Shown here piece after piece: positions 35,122-47,739 of a DNA stretch of 64,000 nt. The notes under the pieces are model-generated. The model did no database searches and was not told where the DNA came from. It was given only the letters and a program-made list of their open reading frames with translations. Position 1 is the stretch's first letter, and each line of letters opens with the position of its first letter. The position numbers and the translations under genes were made by a program. Location: the NCBI GenBank assembly GCA_004431415.1, contig QPMI01000542.1, forward strand, positions 484,373 through 548,372, in the 5' to 3' direction. Source of the stretch: Cyanophora paradoxa CCMP329 (lineage: Eukaryota > Plantae > Glaucophyta).

Positions 35122-36965
35122 ATGGCTCCGCTCTGCTACGTAGCTCCGTTCGCCCCGGCCGCGGGCAGCCGCTCCGCCGCGCCGGTGGGTGCGCGCACTT
35201 GCACTGCACCGAAGATGGGCGTCTTCCGGGGGATGCGGAAGGAGAACTGCGTGGACAGCCTCGGCCGTTCGTTCGATGTGAACGAGCAGCTCAAGGGCGC
35301 AGTCGCTGGTGCGCTGGGACGTGGTCGCGCGCGTGCCCGATCCTGGGGGCCTGACCGCCTCCGATCGCGCAGCCGCGTCCTCCTCGCAGTCCTCCTTCAC
35401 TGTGGAGGTGCTCCGCGCCCCGCCTCCCCCCGCCGCGATACCGACCTGACGGCGCTGGATCCTTCCAAACCGGGCGCAGGCGATGACCATGCGCGGCGTG
35501 GTCATTGCGGCGAACTGGAAGATGAACAAGACGATCGGCGAGGCGCTGGCATACATGGACGAGTTCAAGCGCATGAACGTCGTCAGCCCGGTCACGCAGG
35601 TCTACCTCGGCGTCCCAGCCACGTGCCTCAACGCAGTCGCCAACGTGCGGCCGCGCCCCGCCCGCGGGCGCCCTCGCTGCGCTTCCGCAGCTTTCGGCGC
35701 CCCCCGCCTCTCCTGACGCGCGGCTGCCCCGCAGGCCGCCCGCGGCACCCGCATCGTCGTCGGCGCCCAGAACATGTCGCAGGCGCGCACGCACGCCTCC
35801 CGCTAGCTTCGGCCGCGCCCGCCTGCTGAGCGCGCCCCGCCGCGCCGCGCAGAACAAAGAGGGCGCGTTCACGGGCGAGGTCACCGGCCCCATGATCAAG
35901 GACGCCGGCGCCCAGGTGCGGCCGCCCCCATTAACCCGCCGGCGCTTGCGTGGCCCTTTCAGCGTCGCGTCGATCCCGATCTGACCGCCTCCGTTCCGCC
36001 GCCCCGCCCCGCCCCGCCCCGCCGGCCCCCGCAGTTCGTCATCCTGGGTCACTCTGAGCGCCGCCAGTTCTACGGCGAGACCAACCAGATCGTCAACGCT
36101 AAGGCTCGCGCCCCCCCCCCCCCCCCCCTCCTTTCCCGCTCCGTCGAATCGTCTACCCCCCACGCCGCCGCTGACCTTGCCTCCCGGGGTATGCAGTTGA
36201 AGAAGGCGCTCGCGGACGGCATCCAGCCGATCGTCTGCATCGGCGAGTCCCTTGAGCAGCGCGAGGCGGGCGTCACGTTCCAGGTACCCCCCCGCCCCCG
36301 CTCCCTCGATCCGAGACGATTCGCGTACCCCGCCGACGCCGCGCCCCGCCCGGGGGTACAGGTCCTGGACCAGCAGATCCGCGAGTCCTTCGAGGGCCTC
36401 TCCGGCGAGGAGATGCGGTCCCTGATCATCGCGTACGAGCCCATCTGGGCCATCGGCACCGTGCGCTGTTTCGCATACCCCCTTACGATCCGAGGCCGTA
36501 CCCCTGAGGGCCGGCTCCGCAGGGCAAGACCGCCACCCCCGAGGTCGCGCAGGAGACCCATGCCGCCTGCCGCCAGGTCCGCCCTCCCGAGCCCCGAAAG
36601 GGACCCGCCGCGATTCGAACCTGACGCCCCCGGTCCTCAGATCCTCGCCGCCGTGTGGGGCCCCGCAGTCGCGGAAGACGTCGTGATCCAGGTTCGAATC
36701 CGGCCGGGACCCTTTCCTTCTGCCTCGCGCCCGCGCCCCGCCGACCGGCCCACCCGCGCAACAGTACGGCGGCTCCGTCACCCCCGACAACGTCAAGTCC
36801 CTGATGTCCCAGGTTCGAATCCGGCCGGACCCATTCTCAGCGAGCCAAGCAACTTTCTAACTCCGACTGCGCGCGCCCGCGCAGCCCGACATCGACGGCG
36901 CGCTCGTTGGCGGCGCCTCCCTCAAGCCCGACTCCTTCTTCGCGATCGCCAACTACTCCCACTAA
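35122..36965 (+). CDS. TPI: Triosephosphate isomerase with N-terminal plastid-type transit peptide
   Basis: [32 protein letters not shown]|[21 protein letters not shown]; presequence MAPLCYVAP...SSFTVE|A; TAA 36963-36965. Confidence 0.95.
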
Positions 36966-37616
36966 GGTGGGACCCGATCTGATCTCATGCGGTCTGATCT
37001 GAGCGCTGGGCTGACGCCCGTTCGTTCTTCCAGCCGCCGGTGCTTCGTCAGCGCCCCCGGCCCGGCCCGGCCCGGCCCGCCGGGCTCGGCTCGGCTCGGC
37101 CCGCTTGCAGTTTTGCGCTCCATTTCAATTCCGCCTAGGGGACGGAGGAAGCGGGCAGCTTGGCCCCGCCGGCCGCCCCGCGGCCGGTCCGGGTACCCCC
37201 GCGGCCGTCTGTGTTCTGTACGCATATGAAAGCAGTTCGCATGATTGATTGAATTTCGAAAATGAGAAACAGTTTCATGACCGAATCTCGGCATTTGGGG
37301 CTCGCGATCTGGCGCATGCCTTGCGCATTCATGAATTTTTTTTTCGAATGCTATAAGATCAAGATCGCGATCGAGATAAAACATGTATCTGCACAAAACT
37401 GAATCTCTAAACATGTATAAATACTTTTCATACTCGCTGGCGGTCACACTCGTTCGGGGAATTCGAAGCGTGCACGCACAAGCACTGCATCCCCAGCAAT
37501 GCAGCGAAGAGGAAAATTCAAGAAAGCGAAAACGGGGCCGGCCGGCGAGGGCGAAAACGGCGAGAAAGGGGACGGGGGTCGTCCTGGCCCAGAAGAGGAA
37601 CAAGAAGGAGACTACC

Positions 37617-40600
37617 CTAGAAGATGCCGGGTCGCGGCGCGGCGCGGTCCCGCTCCCGCTCCCGGTCGGGGCCGCCGCCGCGGCGGGCGGAGGCCGGCGC
37701 CTCTCCCGCGGAGTCCCAGTCGGTCGCGTGTGCCCGCGGCGTCGTCAGCGGCGTCGAGGGGCGCGTCGTCGTCGCCCCCGTCGTCGCCGTGCCCGCGTAC
37801 GTCCTGCTCTATTATTAGAATTGCAGGTCTCGAGCTTTGCGAGGATGGGGAGGGGGGGGTACCGCGAGTAGCGGCGCCCGTGCTGCGGCTCGCCGGAAAC
37901 GTGCACGTGCAAATTGATCTCGAAGGCGCGCTGGCCCGTGGGGCTCACGAGCACGACGGTCCTGTACCCCGGCCGGATGCAGTCCACGGGGAGCGCGTAC
38001 GCCCCCACGTACTCCTCCGCGTCCACGTTCTCCTCGCCCCTGTACCCCCTCCCGGTGAGCGAGGAGGGCAGTAGAGCGGAGTTTAACGGGGTACGCACGC
38101 GGTGACGAGGATCCGGAAGGCCGTGATGAGGGGCTCGTACACGGAGAACTGCGGGAGGGGGGAAGAGTTCAGTAGGGGTACAGATGGGTGTGCGGGAAGG
38201 GGTACGGGGCACCTCGAGGATGACGCCGTTGCCCGAGTAGGCCCCCGGCTCGTCCCCTGGGGCCCCCGCTCCGAAGCGCGTCCTGTACACCACGCTGTCG
38301 CTCTTCGGCCCGACCATCTGGAGGGGGGTACGTGAGCTCTCAGCCTCCCTGGGTACGAGAGAGCGGGGGGTACGGCGCGCCTCCCAGAGGCAGAGGAGCT
38401 GCGAGGGGTCCGGCGTGCGGGAGAGGCCGCGGGGCGGGGCGGCGCCCCGCGTCACCTGAGCCCCGCGCGCCCTCTGCGACGCGAGAAGCATTGGAGGCGA
38501 ACACAGAAGGTGGGGGGGGGGAGAAGAGAGGGGGTACCGCGCGGTTGAGCTCGTGTTGGGCGGCGCTGACCCAGAGGCCCCGGATGATCGAGAGGCGGAT
38601 CTTCCGGGGCTGCGGGGGGGTACGTCGTGAGAAAAAGGGGGGGGAGGCGACTGCCGTCGCGGAGCGGGGGTCCCCGCACCTGCTGGGGCCGGGGTACGGG
38701 GCCCGAGAGGCCTCCCTCGCCCGTGGACCGCATGTACGGCGGCTTGAGCACGTACCCCGACCGCAAGTTCGCCTTGAAGTGGCCGCTGTGGGCGGTACGG
38801 AGTCGAACGGGGCGCGGAGGGATACAGAGCGCGGGAGAACGGGCACCTGTAGAGCTGGGCGGCGCGCCCGCCTTTGGACGTCAGCGTTCCCACCTGCAAA
38901 AACGTTCGAAGGGAGCCGTGATGGAGGGGGGAAGGAGGAGGGCGGGTGTACCAGCGAGAAGCCCGCGAGCCAGGGCACGAACGCCTCCTCGTACCCCTCC
39001 AGCGCCCCGCACGGCTCCGTTCGGCTCAGCGACTGCCTGCGGGAGATACAAGCGGCCGTATTTGCACGGGAACATCGCAGAGTGGGGGGTACGGTGTTCT
39101 TCCGCACCTGTTGAGCTTGACCATCGCGTTGGAGGCCTCGAGTGTGCGCTCCAGCGCCGAGTCCGGCGTGAAGACCCTGCCGTCCAGGCGAGCGTTCGCT
39201 CGTTCGCTCAGGGGAACGCTCTAAAAATAGGCGGGGCGGGGTACCCACCAGGCCATGGAGGCGAGGCCGAGGCGGCGGAAGAGGCCGAGGTCGGTGAGGG
39301 TCGGCCCCGCCCACGCGTCCCGCCCGGAGGCCCCCGCCTTGCGCCGCGGCGCCGCCCCCTCCTCCTCCTGCGGCAAGCGTCAGAGACGTCCAAGGAGAAG
39401 CTAAAGGTTAGATAAAATCGCTAAAGAGCTAAAGATTGGCTTAAGTTCAAGCTCAAAGTCTCTCTCTCTATCTCTGCCGCGCTCGGTCGGACCTGGAGGT
39501 CGCCCTAGCTGCTAAGGCAGCTAAGGCCCAAGCGTGTTCTATTTTTAGCGCGCGCGGACCTGGAGGTCGCCCTTGGGGAGGAGGACGAGCGCCGCGAGCT
39601 CCGGCGCCACGTTCCTGCCCGTCCGCGCCCGCACCAGCACCCGGTTCTGGGGCGTGAAGTGGATCGAATTCGAGGGGAGGTGGGGGGGGGGAGGAGGGGG
39701 GAGGGGGGGTACGGCACCTGGAGGCGCTCGGGGGAGGGGAGGACGCCGCCGCCGCCGACCTCCTGCGGGGGTACGAGGGCGCCCCGGAAGGCGTCCGAGA
39801 TCGCCGCCGCCAGCGCCGCCTGCGGGGCGCGCGGCGTCAGGAAGAGGAGGTGGAGGTGTTATCAAGGGCTAGCTAGCTAAAGCTAAAGCTTGGGCGAGCG
39901 GTCGGGCGGGCGGGCATAGACTAAATAAGGCTAGAGCTAGGCTCTCGCTCGACAAGCAAGCAAGCCTGAGCAACCAAGGGGGCGGGGGCACCTGCAAACG
40001 CTGGGAGCAGTGGTTCTAGGGCTAGAGCTAGGCTCTCTCCCGACAAGCTAGCCGGCTACGCCACGCCAGGCCGAGCGACCGTGCGGACCTGCTGGCGCTG
40101 GGAGCAGTGGTTCTCGACGTCGAGGACGAGCGGCCACCGCGACGCCGCGAACGCGTGCTTCTGGATCGTCTGCGGAGGGAGATGAGCGGGGGAGGAGGAG
40201 AGGGTGGGGGAGGGTGGGGGGCGTACGAGGAGGATCTCGAGGGCGTCGGCGCGGGCGGAGGCCGGGTCCTCGCCGACGACGGGGCGGCCCGAGGCGCCGT
40301 CCCACGCCCGCACCGACACGCACCTGCGGGGAGATGAGGGGAGGGGAGGGGGCTGGGTGGTCTAGCGCTATTGGAGAAGCTAGGCCTAGGGTAGCGAGGG
40401 GAAGCGGGGGGCGGTCTCACTTGAAGCCGGAGCGGAGGGCGCGCTCGTAGCCGGCGGCGGGCCCGCCGGGGGCCTCCCACGTCCGCGCCGACGTCGCCAC
40501 GAAGTAGTCGCTCTGCGGAAGGGGCCGGGCGGGGCGGGGCGGGAAAGGGGTGAGGCAGCGTCCTCAGCTCTTAAAGCTCGCTAAGCTCGGGGCGAGGCGG

Positions 40601-43125
40601 GGACGAGCGGAGCGGACGAGGGCTCTATCATAGTGTGGAGCGCTCTGAACTCTGGTGGAGCCTGGCGGGGCGGGGCGGGGCGGGGCGGGGCGGGGCGGGG
40701 CGGGGCGGGGCGGGGCGGGAGGGGGCGGACGAGGGGGTGGGTCATGTCGTGGCGGACGTCGCGGAAGAGGCGGTTGGCGGGGCCCTCGCAGTGCCGCCGG
40801 AAGCTCTCGAAGTCCTGCAGGTGAGGGGAGGGGAGGGGCCGAGGGGTCAGACGGCAGAGGGGCGGAAGTCAGACGGCGCGCGCAGCGGTGCGATCACTCC
40901 TCCCTCTAGATCTGGGCGCGGAGGGGGCTGGGGGTACGGGCGCACGATGGCGTCGCGGCCCTCGAAGGGCCACGTGGGGTCCTCCTTCTGCACCAGCTGC
41001 ATGTACCGCGCCCACCCCGCGCTGCAAGACAGCACGGGTCAGAGCTCCCTCGAAGGGAATGGCGCGAGGGGGGACACCCAGGGCCCGGCCCGCCCCCGGT
41101 CCGCCCCCGGCTCGGCCTCGGCCCGCCACCCTCCTCCTCCCGCCGCGCCCGGGGTCTAGAACAAGAACAAGGCCCCCCGGCGCAGCTCGCCTGGTCATGA
41201 GCTCGCCCTCGGGCCCGTCGGCGAACTCCCGGAAGATCGCCCCGTACGACAGGAACGACCCCGGCGCTGAAGAAGAAGTGAGAGGAGGAGCGAGGGCGGG
41301 GGAGGGGAAGGGGAGGGGGAGGGGGCTCGCCCGTGGGGCCGGGCGGGTCCTTCACCGCGTTCCGCTCGCTCGCGTGCCTGCGCCCCGCCCCGCCCCGCTT
41401 AGATCAATCTGTCTATTCTACTAGAGGAATCTATAAGAAGAATCTATTGTATCGGGGCGGACCGAGAGAGGACGGCGCCCTCTAAGGAACTGTTCTTAGG
41501 AAATCTATCTTCCTTACTAGGTTGCTCTACACTTTTCTACTACGTTGTTCTTAGGAGATCTGTTAGGAACAATGGGGCGGACCTCGAGAGGACGGCGCCC
41601 TCGACGGAGAGGCAGCCCAGCGAGTCGTCGCCCAGGGGAGGGTCCGGGTCCTTGCTGGGGCTGGGCGGCCGCGCCTTGGATCGCTGCTGCTCGGCCGCCG
41701 TCTGCTGGGGCGGGAGCACGCGGCGCGAGGAGGAGGAGGAGGCGGAGGGGTGGAAGGCGGAGGAACGCCCGGGGGAGAGCTGCAGGTTCGTGGGGCCGCG
41801 GGGCTTTCCGACGGACCCCGGGCCCGAGGGCCGGCCCCGGGTCGGCGTTGTGGGCCGGCCGTGGCTGTCACTCGAGCCGGTCGGGTTCCAGACGGCCGGC
41901 GGGGGCGGCGGCGACGGCTCCGCGTGGCCTCCCCCCGCCCCGTGCGGCAGCGGCGAGTTGCGCGGCCGCGGCGCCGGCGACGACGGGCGCGAGCGCTGCT
42001 GTACCCCCTCCGCCTCCTCCGGCGCGTCGTCGCTGCGCCGAAAGGCCGTCAGAAGGGGGAGGGGGGTACGTGCGCGGGCCCGGGGGGACGCGCACCCCCA
42101 GAGGAAGCTGCCGTTGAACCCCATGCCGACGCCGCGCCGCTGGGGGCCCTGGCTCTTGCCGGAGGGCGCCCGCTGCGGCGGCTGCGGCGGCGGCGGCTGC
42201 TGCCCCCCGTGCTGGAGCTGGTGCGGATTCGAGGATCCCCATACCCAGTCCTCGTCCTCCCCCCCGCTCGTCTCGTCCCCCGGGCGGGGTACCGGCGTCC
42301 AGCGGTTCGACCCGTGGCTGCTCCGGCCGCTCCGCGGCGACTTGGGCGCTGGTAGCCGGGTCAGCGGGGTGCGCGAAACAGAAGCCCGAGGCGACGTACC
42401 CCCCGTGCTCTCGTCGATGCGGTCGACGAGGGCCTCGAGGCGGTGGTTCAACTCCGTGGCTGGGAATATCGGGCGGCGTGAGACTTCGGGCGATGCGAGC
42501 CCGGAGCGGCGCCCCGCACCTCGCTTCTGTGCATGACCATAGAACTGGTTCTCATACTTCACCTGATCAGCCTGCGTCAACGGCGCGCGGATCTCGGCGC
42601 GCTCGTGTGTGCGCCGCCGCACCGTCCGGCTGAATTCTTCCTCCGTGTACCGATTCTGAAACGGCGGGTCGGTCATTGGGACGGATCGGATCGCACACGT
42701 TTGAGCATCGCGCACCAGCGTCGACCCTGCGGGAGGCGGCGGCTGCCGGCGCGGCCTGCGTATGCGGAGCGCGCACGTGAGGCCTCGGGGCCGAGCCGGG
42801 GGCGATGCGGCGCCGAGGCGCACGTCTGCTGCCTCGAGCCCTGCCCGCCCTCGTACTGCCGGGGCGTCGTCGCGGGCGGCGTGGGGCCTCCAGAGTAGCT
42901 CCCCGCGGATTGCGGCGCGGGCTGGCTGGCCGGCGGCCGCTGCGGCACGGGCACGACGAGCTGGGGCGGCTGTGTCTTCGACGACGATCCAGGATACGAG
43001 AGGGCCTGCGTGTACGGCGAAGGGTAGGGCTGGGCGCCGCCGTTGCCTTGCGCAGGGTCCAAGTGAGCGGTCGGGCTTTTGGACGCTAGCTTCTTCTCCT
43101 TGCGCTTCTGGAACAGCTTCTTCAT
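37617..43125 (-). CDS. Phosphoinositide-specific phospholipase C-like protein (X, Y and C2 domains), probably catalytically inactive
   Basis: DMTHPL|SDYFV, RAWDG, WPLVLDVENHCS, FKANLRSGYVLKP, LPVDCIRPGYRTVVL; long low-complexity N-terminus starting MKKLFQK. Confidence 0.8.
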
Positions 43126-43592
43126 CCTGAGAGCGCTCCTTCAAAGAGACGAATCACTGACGATCGTTGATCGCTGTGACGGTTGTGAGGTGCTGAAGCG
43201 GTCGGGGGCTTCCGGTCGCGGCGCTAACGTGTGGCACAAAGCCTGCTCAGCTTCCCGACGTCGACCGCGCTCCGGCCGACGGATCCAACTGACGACGCAC
43301 TTGCTCTCGCACCCGTACCCCCCTATCGACAGTGTTGCACGCGGACACGCCTCCGCACGCACATCCCTACACGCGGCGCGAGATCTCTGTGTCGACTGTG
43401 AGCGGCCGGAGCAGGCGTCAGGCCTGCGTGGTTTGCGACCCCCGTCGAACCCACCAGCGCGACGCGGCGACGGCACAGCTTGAACATTTGACCCAGCTCG
43501 ATCTTCGGTGCCTGACGCGCACTCCGCCCGGCGACCAGCGCGGATCCCGTCGCACGCAGCCGTGAGGTCGCCCTTCGTGTTCACGCAGCAGC

Positions 43593-46500
43593 ATGTTCAG
43601 CGGCGGCAATGCGGCCGACGCGGACGCGTCTCTGGATCTCCTCCCCACGGAGCTCAGCGCGGACGACGCCCTCTTCGCCGGTGAGATCGACCCGGGGCGC
43701 CTGGAGATCTACAAGGACCGCCGGATCGGGGCCGGGTCCTTCGGCAACGGTGCCCATTCCCGCGCGCCGCGCTCCCGCTGCCGCCCGCGCCCCCGCCGAC
43801 CGCGGCGGCCCCGCGCGCGTGCAGTCTACCACGGGCGCTACTTCGGCGAGGACGTCGCCGTGAAGGAGCTCGCGCCGGCGTACGCCGACGCGGACGGCGA
43901 GGCGCTCCGCAAGTTCCGGCGCGAGCTGGCCATCCAGTACGGCCTCAGCCGCGGCGACGGCCCCGGGCCGTCCCGCGTCGTCCAGCTCAAGGGCGCGCTT
44001 ACCCGCAAGGCCCCCTACCGCATCGTCGTGCGCGCCTCCGCCTCGCTTCGCTTCGCGCGCGCTCGCGGAATCTGACCGACCGCGCGCCCGCAGATGGTGC
44101 GCTCCCCTCGGCGCGGCGGCGCGGCCCCGCCGCGCTTGAACCGACGCTCTGCCGCCCTCCCCCTTTCCCCCCGCAGGAGCTCATGGAAGGCTCGCTGTTC
44201 GAGATGATCATAAGCGGACGGGAGCTGGACCCCCCGACCCGCGTCCAGGCTCTGTACGCTCCGCGCCCGGCCCCTCTTCGCCCTCAGCTCTCCGGTCGCT
44301 GCTGTCAGCCTGCTGACTCAGTGGCAGGCTCGAGGTGGCACAGGCGCTGGAGCATATGCACGGGCAGGCGCGCCCCGTGACTCACCGTGACGTCAAGTCC
44401 AAGAACATCCTCTGGCGCCGGGTTCGGACCCGCCCGGCGGAATTTTTGTGCTTGTGGCCCTAAGAGCTCTGCACCCCCCCAGACCCCGGACGGGGGGCTC
44501 TCCTTCAAGCTATCGGACTTCGGAGAATCGAGCCACACGCTCTCGATTACCCCCGGTGCGGTACCCCCCCTCCCCTCCGCTTCCTCGGTACCCCTCCCCG
44601 CCTCTCATTTCGCTCTACCCCCAGGGAGCTCCCTGCACTCGGCGGTGGGTACGGCGCCCTGGATGAGCCCCGAGCACATGCAGGTAACCCCTCCCTCCCT
44701 CCCTCCTCCCCCCTCCCCCTACCCCTCCTTCTCACCCCCCCTCTCCAGGGGGCGAAGTACAGCCGGGCGTGTGACGTTTACTCCCTCGGGGTCGTCGCCT
44801 GGGAGGTGCCCGCCTGCTTGCCCTCCCCTCCCCGCCCCGCCCCGCCCCGCCACCCGTCCTAGCTTCGCCTCGCGTCCGGCCCGCTGCCGAAGCTGAGGCG
44901 GGCGGGCGGGCGGGCGGGCGGGGGCAGGTGCTGACGGGGCGGGTTCCGCACGGCGAGTGCAGCAACATCCTCCAGATCTACGCCAAGGTGCCGTGGCGCC
45001 GTACCCCGCTCTCCGACCCCGTACCCCGTCTCCGCGTCCGCGGCCGGCCCGCGGGGCTCTGACGCCGACGTCCCCGGGTGCAGGTCGTGGAGCGGCGCGA
45101 GGGCCTGCAGGTACTGTACCCCCCGAGCCTGCTCCCGTCATGCACTTCGTTCGCGGACGTCGACGGCCGCGCGGCGGCGCTGCTGCGGGGCGCAGGTGCC
45201 GGCGGACGCGGCGCCGCGGCAGCTGGCGGACCTCGCCGCCCGCTGCCTCGCCTGGGATCCAGCCGCCCGCCCCACGGCGCCCCAGGTCCGCCGGCTCCTT
45301 CGACTATGTATAGCTTCCGGCGCTTCTTTAGGCACTTCTAGGCACACCTTAGCTCCTTAGCCGCCCGCCCCACCGCCCCCAGGTCCGCCCCATTCCTTAG
45401 CATTTACGCCCGCCCCACGGCGCCCCAGGTCCGCCCCATTCCTTTATTTAGGTCCCCCCAGGCATTTACATTTTCATTAGCTCCTTTAGCTCCTTAGCCG
45501 CCCGCCCCACCGCCCCCCAGGTCCCTTCCGCCCGCCCCCTGGAGCTGAGCTCCCGCTTGACATTCATTGCTCCTAGAGCTCCTTAGCTCCTTAATATTCC
45601 TTGTTTCATAGCTCCTTAGCTCCTTAGCCGCCTGCCCCACCGCCCCCCAGGTCCGCCGGCTGGCTCCTTTTGCTATTTTTAGCTTCCAGCGCTTCTTTAG
45701 GCACTTCTTAGACGCCAGGTCCGCTGCGGCTGGCCCCTCGACCTCCCTCGCGAGGGAAGGCGAGCGTCATAGGCCATTGCTGTATTACCTACAGATCGTT
45801 TTCTCGATCGAGACTGCCGCCTTCTCGGCCGCCGCCGCCGCTCGCCCGCAGCTGACCGGCGGCCCGCGCAGGCCGCCGCCGCCCTCGCCGCCCTCCACTC
45901 CGCCCTCGTCGCCCCCCCGCGCCCCGCCTCCGCCCCCTCGCCCAACCCTCGGGCCGACCCCGAGGCCGCCTTCGCGTCGGCCGCGGCGCTGCAGCCGGCG
46001 GCCGCCCGCGCCGCCGCCGCCGCCGCCGTCCCGCCCTCCTCCCCCGCCTCGGGCCCCTCGCCAAGGTACCCCACTCCGCCCTCTTCCCCTCTTCCCCTCT
46101 TCTGATCCCCCCGCAGCTGCTGCCGGAGGTGGCGGAGACGGCGGCGCGGGCGCGGGAGGCGGCGGCCGGGGGCGGGGGCGGGGGCGGGTGGGAGGCGGCT
46201 CGGGCCGTCGCCGGCGGCGCCTTCGGGTTCGGCGAGCTCCCCGCCCGCGAGGTCCGCCTCTAACTCAAAGTATCTTTTAGTAGGCTATCTTAAGAAGCTT
46301 TCTAAAGAAGCCGGGGTCGAAGTCATCTAAAGAAGCTCAAGAAGCTTCTTTAGATGACTTCGACCCCAGATCAGGGCAAGCCTCCTTTAGATAGACCTAT
46401 CTATCTAAAGGAGGCTTGCGCTGATCTAAAAGCTCACGAAGCTTGGCATCTAAGAAGCCGAAGTCGAAGTCTGCGAGGCCGTTCATATTCTATAGTAACT

Positions 46501-46934
46501 CTATCCTGTTATCACGTATCTATCTATCTATCTATCTACCTTGAAGCTCTTCTGATCGACCGGGGCGCCAGTTCGAGCGGATCCGGCGGCTGCTGGGCCT
46601 GCGTGGGGAGGCGGGCCCCGCCCCGGGCGAGCCCGAGCGCCTCGCCCGCTGGCTCGTCCCCGCCGCCAGGTCAGTTCGGCCCCCGCCCCGGCCCCGCCCC
46701 GGCCCCGCCCCGCCCGGTTCTAGGACGCCTCCGCTCTGCTCTAGGCCTGGCACGAAGCCCGGCAGAGGCCCCGCCCTTCGCCTAGGCCCTAGGGGAGGGA
46801 GGGCCCTGGGCCCCAGCTCGGCCCCAGGCATACATACGCCTAGGCGCCCACGCCTCCCGAGGCTCCGCCCGGCTCGGCTTCAGGACGCCTCCGCTCGGCC
46901 CTAGGCCTAGCACGAGGCCCTTCGCCTAAGCCTT

Positions 46935-46968
<34 letters not shown>

Positions 46969-47640
46969 TGGGGGGAGGCCCTGGGCCCCAGCTCGGCCCC
47001 GTGTTTTCAGAGTTTTCAGAGTCTGAGGCGAGGGCAGCACGCTGCGGGTGACGCGGCACCTGTGGCGCCCGACGCGGGAGCACCCCGAGTGGGGGCGGCC
47101 GTTCTCCCCCCCGTGCGCCCCCGGCCCGCCCCCCCCGCCCAGGCGACCGTTCCCCCGCCCACTCCCCGCCCCTCCGACCGCGCAGGACGAGGCGGCCTCC
47201 AGGCTCGCGGGGGCCCCCCCCGGCACCTTCGTTCTCAGGCTCGCGGCCAGCGAGTGGCCCTCGCCCTCCTGCGGCGCCGTCGCCGCCGTGTACGTCTCCG
47301 CGGGGGGTACAGTGCGGCACGCCCTCCTCGCCGGCCGCACCGCCGCCGACGTCCACGCCGAGGTACCCCCCGCTTGCTCCCCCCCCTCTCCCTTCGTCCT
47401 GTACCCCCGACGTCCTGCGCAGGTCCAGGCCCGCCCGGGCACGCTCCGGCGGCCCCTGGGGGCGGACAGGTGCGGCGCCCTTCTTTCCTCGCCCCTGCGA
47501 GCCCCTCCGCCCGAGGTCGAATCCGCGCAGGGACGTTTCGGACTACGCGGCGGCGCGGCCGAAGTACGTGCGGGCGCAGGCCTCCCCCCCCGCCGTCCAG
47601 CCGCCCGCCGCGGGCATGCAGGCACTCGCCATCTCTTAGG
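43593..47640 (+). CDS. TKL-group protein kinase with probable C-terminal SH2-like domain (3' end approximate)
   Basis: IGAGSFG, VAVKEL, HRDVKSKNIL, KLSDFG, GTAPWMSPE, CDVYSLG, CLAWDPAARP; downstream exon EAASRLAGAPPGTFVLRLAAS...TVRHALL (47185-47362). Confidence 0.8.
45261..45725 (+). repeat. Repeated copies of an exon end/donor-like segment (GCCGCCCGCCCCAC.GC.CCCAGGTCC) separated by TTAGCTCC-rich filler
   Basis: Copies at ~45261, 45360, 45408, 45497, 45627 and a partial copy at ~45715. Confidence 0.8.
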
Positions 47641-47739
47641 TAGTCGCCTCGTATATATCATGCAGGCTCTCACGTGCGACTGTAAATTTAAATCCCACAT
47701 ATAGCATCGTGGCACACTAAGACCCTGCAGCTGTCTCAC

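Noticed and set aside
46938-46967. Long poly-G/poly-C tracts (also ~7041, ~7585, ~52215)
   Set aside because: Common intronic homopolymers in this genome with unreliable length; no evidence of a distinct function.
81-47739. Many long Arg/Pro/Gly/Ala-rich ORFs in the ORF track (e.g. 20244-22598, 81-1676, 32893-34548)
   Set aside because: These are shadow frames expected in very GC-rich DNA; they overlap spliced genes with recognisable motifs.
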